64,000 nucleotides of DNA, from assembly GCA_030704615.1 (NCBI GenBank), contig CM060734.1, forward strand, positions 21,328,001 to 21,392,000, read 5' to 3'. The translations under genes and the position numbers were made by a program. Numbering within the stretch: the stretch's first letter is position 1; the number at the start of each line of letters is the position of its first letter. Under the pieces are notes generated by a model. It was given only the letters and a program-made list of their open reading frames with translations. It ran no database searches and was not told the DNA's origin. This document shows, piece by piece, positions 61,621 to 64,000 of the stretch. The stretch comes from Takakia lepidozioides. Its lineage: Eukaryota; Plantae; Bryophyta.

Positions 61621-63733
61621 AACTCAGGTTTGGGACTTCATGCTTGGAGCACCTTTGATTTTTTCCTGATAGTGGCTTAGAGAATATGGAGGAGAGAGAA
61701 TGGAGATGAAGGAGGTTTTATGGAGATGATGTGATTGAAGACTGTGGGGAGGAGGCTACCATTTGAAATGTTGGTGCTGGAGATATGGTAATTAAACACG
61801 GAGCTAGCAGCTGTTTGAGGTATCTGGTGATGAAGCAATTGGGTGTAACTGCTGCAACCTGCCCCTGATGTCTACTATACGTCTTTGGGTATTTTGTCAA
61901 TCACTAACTTGTAGCATCTCCATGTTAGGTCAATCATTTTGTGGACGCTGCTATACGCTTGGTGGAAAGGCTCAGACCTCTGCAGCAATTAACCATGAAC
62001 TGAAGTAGGGAAAATTAATCCGTACGCTTTCTTTTGGTTCCTTAAAGATGGGTTTCCATTAGGTGTAGTAGCTGTTTGTGTCGTTTTGATATTTAGTTGT
62101 TGTGGCTGCTTGTAATGACTGACCAGGAGCTGAATAGGTAGACTATTGTTGTCGTGATTGAACACAAGCTGCAGCTGAAGGGGGGAAACGTGTGGATTTA
62201 GTTTTGGCTTCATCATGAATGGCGCATCACCCAGAGTAGCAGCTGTAGCTGTTCTTGTTCTCCTCGATGTTTGAGTGTGGGGAGGTTGGAAGTCATGGAA
62301 ACAAGGGGTTAAAGTTTATTTATGGGTCGTGGCAAGTCTGATTATTTTACATACTCGAATGCAGTTGCATTCATTTGTACATGTCTCTTCATTGGTGGCC
62401 ATGGCTGCTAACCATCATTCGTGTCAACGAGAGGTTAAGGACACGATGGCGTTGGTGCTCAAAGCAATGAGTGATGCTGCCATGGTTCTTAAAGCGTCGC
62501 CTTCCCGTGGGCAAGAAGCTCCTACAGACACCGGTAAATTACCTCCTGCCTCAACTATTGCTAGAAAGAGTCTAGGATCTGCATTTAAAGATGCAGAAGA
62601 GGGGGGGGGTCACCTGCTGGGGGCCTTGCCGAGCCACCCAACGCAAAAGTAATTCCGCTCGAGTCCAAGGAGTGCGGTTCAGAACGTGAAGTAGAGGTTG
62701 TATAGCTGGAGAGTAGCAAGAAGATGAAGGGAGGAGGCAAGGAAACGGGAGAAGCCCTTACAAAATGCTTTGGGGAAAGTGAAGTGGCATGCGCAATGCC
62801 TGGTGGGACACATATAGCGTCTGATGATCCCAGTAAATCCAAAGATTCTGGTTCACAATGTAAGGAAAAGGTTGCAGAGATGGACAACAACAAGAGGGTG
62901 AAGGGAGGAGCTAAGGAAAAAGGTAAAAGAAGAGGCGGGGTCCCGGTGAAGTTGAAAGCAGGGCAGACTCTGAACCTTTCCTCATCTGCAACTGCTTTGG
63001 AAAGTCAAGTTGCACAAGGGGAGAGTTATCAGGGAGGAAGGGTAAGGGTGGGGGGGGTGCAAAGAGGAAAATAGGTGGCAGAGCCCAGCAGCTGCCGTCT
63101 GATGGTGGTGAAGATGTCCCCACTCTAGAGGGCACCCACAGTATGGAGAGCAAACATTCCTCACCTGGCAAAGTACACCATTCAGAACAAGAGGTAATAT
63201 TTCTTCCTATCCATCAATTTATTACCTCAACGCATTCCTCTCTTAATGTTGGCTTGAAACAATGGAAAGGTATGTTGGTTGCCTTTGTTGGAGCTCATGG
63301 CAGGTGATGACAACTGATGACATTAGCTTGGATGGTTGCAGCACTGAGAGCCTTGGTAGCTACAAAGGGGGTTGATGTGAACAGTAGCATTTTTGCGCTT
63401 TGTACCATGTTGTCTGACTCATGGGTACGTGTTTTTTTGGGGGCAGAGGTCTGACTTACAATGCAAGGAACTGTGTGATGTACGGCCAACAACCAACCGG
63501 CCTGCAACTTGAAGACATGTCAGTGCTGCTTGGGTTGAGAGTGCCCCATCCGCAGCGGTAATTTGATCTCTCCTTGATGTTTGTAGTTTTCGAACATTGT
63601 GGTTTTATTGCAAGTACGTATTGTGGAGACTAGACTGTTCGTTTCATATGTTGGTGTGATTTGAAGTCTGAACTGTCGATATTTAAACTGCTGGTGTGTT
63701 GGCATGCAATTTAAGAAATGATACAAGGTCTAT

Positions 63734-63973
63734 TTGCGCAGCTTTAAGAAAGCACGTCTGGTTGTTGGTTGGGGCAAGGTTGTTGGGGTTTATGGCAAAG
63801 TGGGCTCGTTGCCAGATGGGTACTATAGTGTTGAAGTTGAAAATGCTATTGAGCCAACACACCTTATACCTTCTTGCAACACCGAGGCTTCTGATAGTGA
63901 GGTCACTTTGGGTGACATGGTAGGCACCACCGTTCTGTGGAACTACAAGTTCCTGAATTCATTCACGAAATGA
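63734..63973 (+). pseudogene. Terminal exon resembling the C-terminal domain of CACTA Tnp1/En-Spm-like proteins
   Basis: VVGWGKV..LPDGYYSVEV..LIP..TLGDMVGTTVLW pattern; preceded by possible acceptor ttgcgcag. Confidence 0.45.
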
Positions 63974-64000
63974 TTCCGATGTTCTCTTGACATGTCCACA

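Noticed and set aside
61620-63700. Low-complexity ORFs after the truncated retrotransposon
   Set aside because: No supportable product; possibly decayed exons of the CACTA-like gene ending at 63973.

Overview
Repeat-dense eukaryotic DNA, most likely from a non-seed land plant (spliceosomal introns, one conserved plant membrane-protein gene, Galadriel- and Tcn1-like chromoviruses). Many 1-bp frameshifts fall in homopolymers, so some apparent pseudogenisation may be long-read error. 1-18.7 kb: a gene cluster (protein kinase, RING-H2 protein, DUF659-type hAT transposase) set between arrays of a GCGACCGCC-N5/6-GGCGGTCGC hairpin unit, with a 5'-truncated LINE in the right array. 20.3-21.9 kb: a MITE and the only clear host gene. 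22.7-56.1 kb: a four-level nest, of which two junctions are resolved by target-site duplications (TSDs). An older ParB-cargo element was hit by Gypsy-1 (28619-53830, TSD CAACT). One LTR of Gypsy-1 was hit by an 18.9-kb Mutator-like element (34703-53609, TIRs, 9-bp TSD CCCACTAAG), which was itself hit by Gypsy-2. The main finding is the cargo of this Mutator-like family. Divergent from a zinc-finger/DDE/SWIM transposase lies an intron-containing gene that, reconstructed from two paralogous copies, encodes a ParB/Srx-like domain fused to a prokaryote-type beta-class (N6A/N4C) DNA methyltransferase fold. The element's intergenic region, one intron and right subterminal region carry arrays of the palindrome GGAAATTCGGCGCCGAATTTCC. 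57-64 kb: CACTA-like ORF remnants and a Tcn1/Tf1-like retrotransposon with a self-priming PBS.
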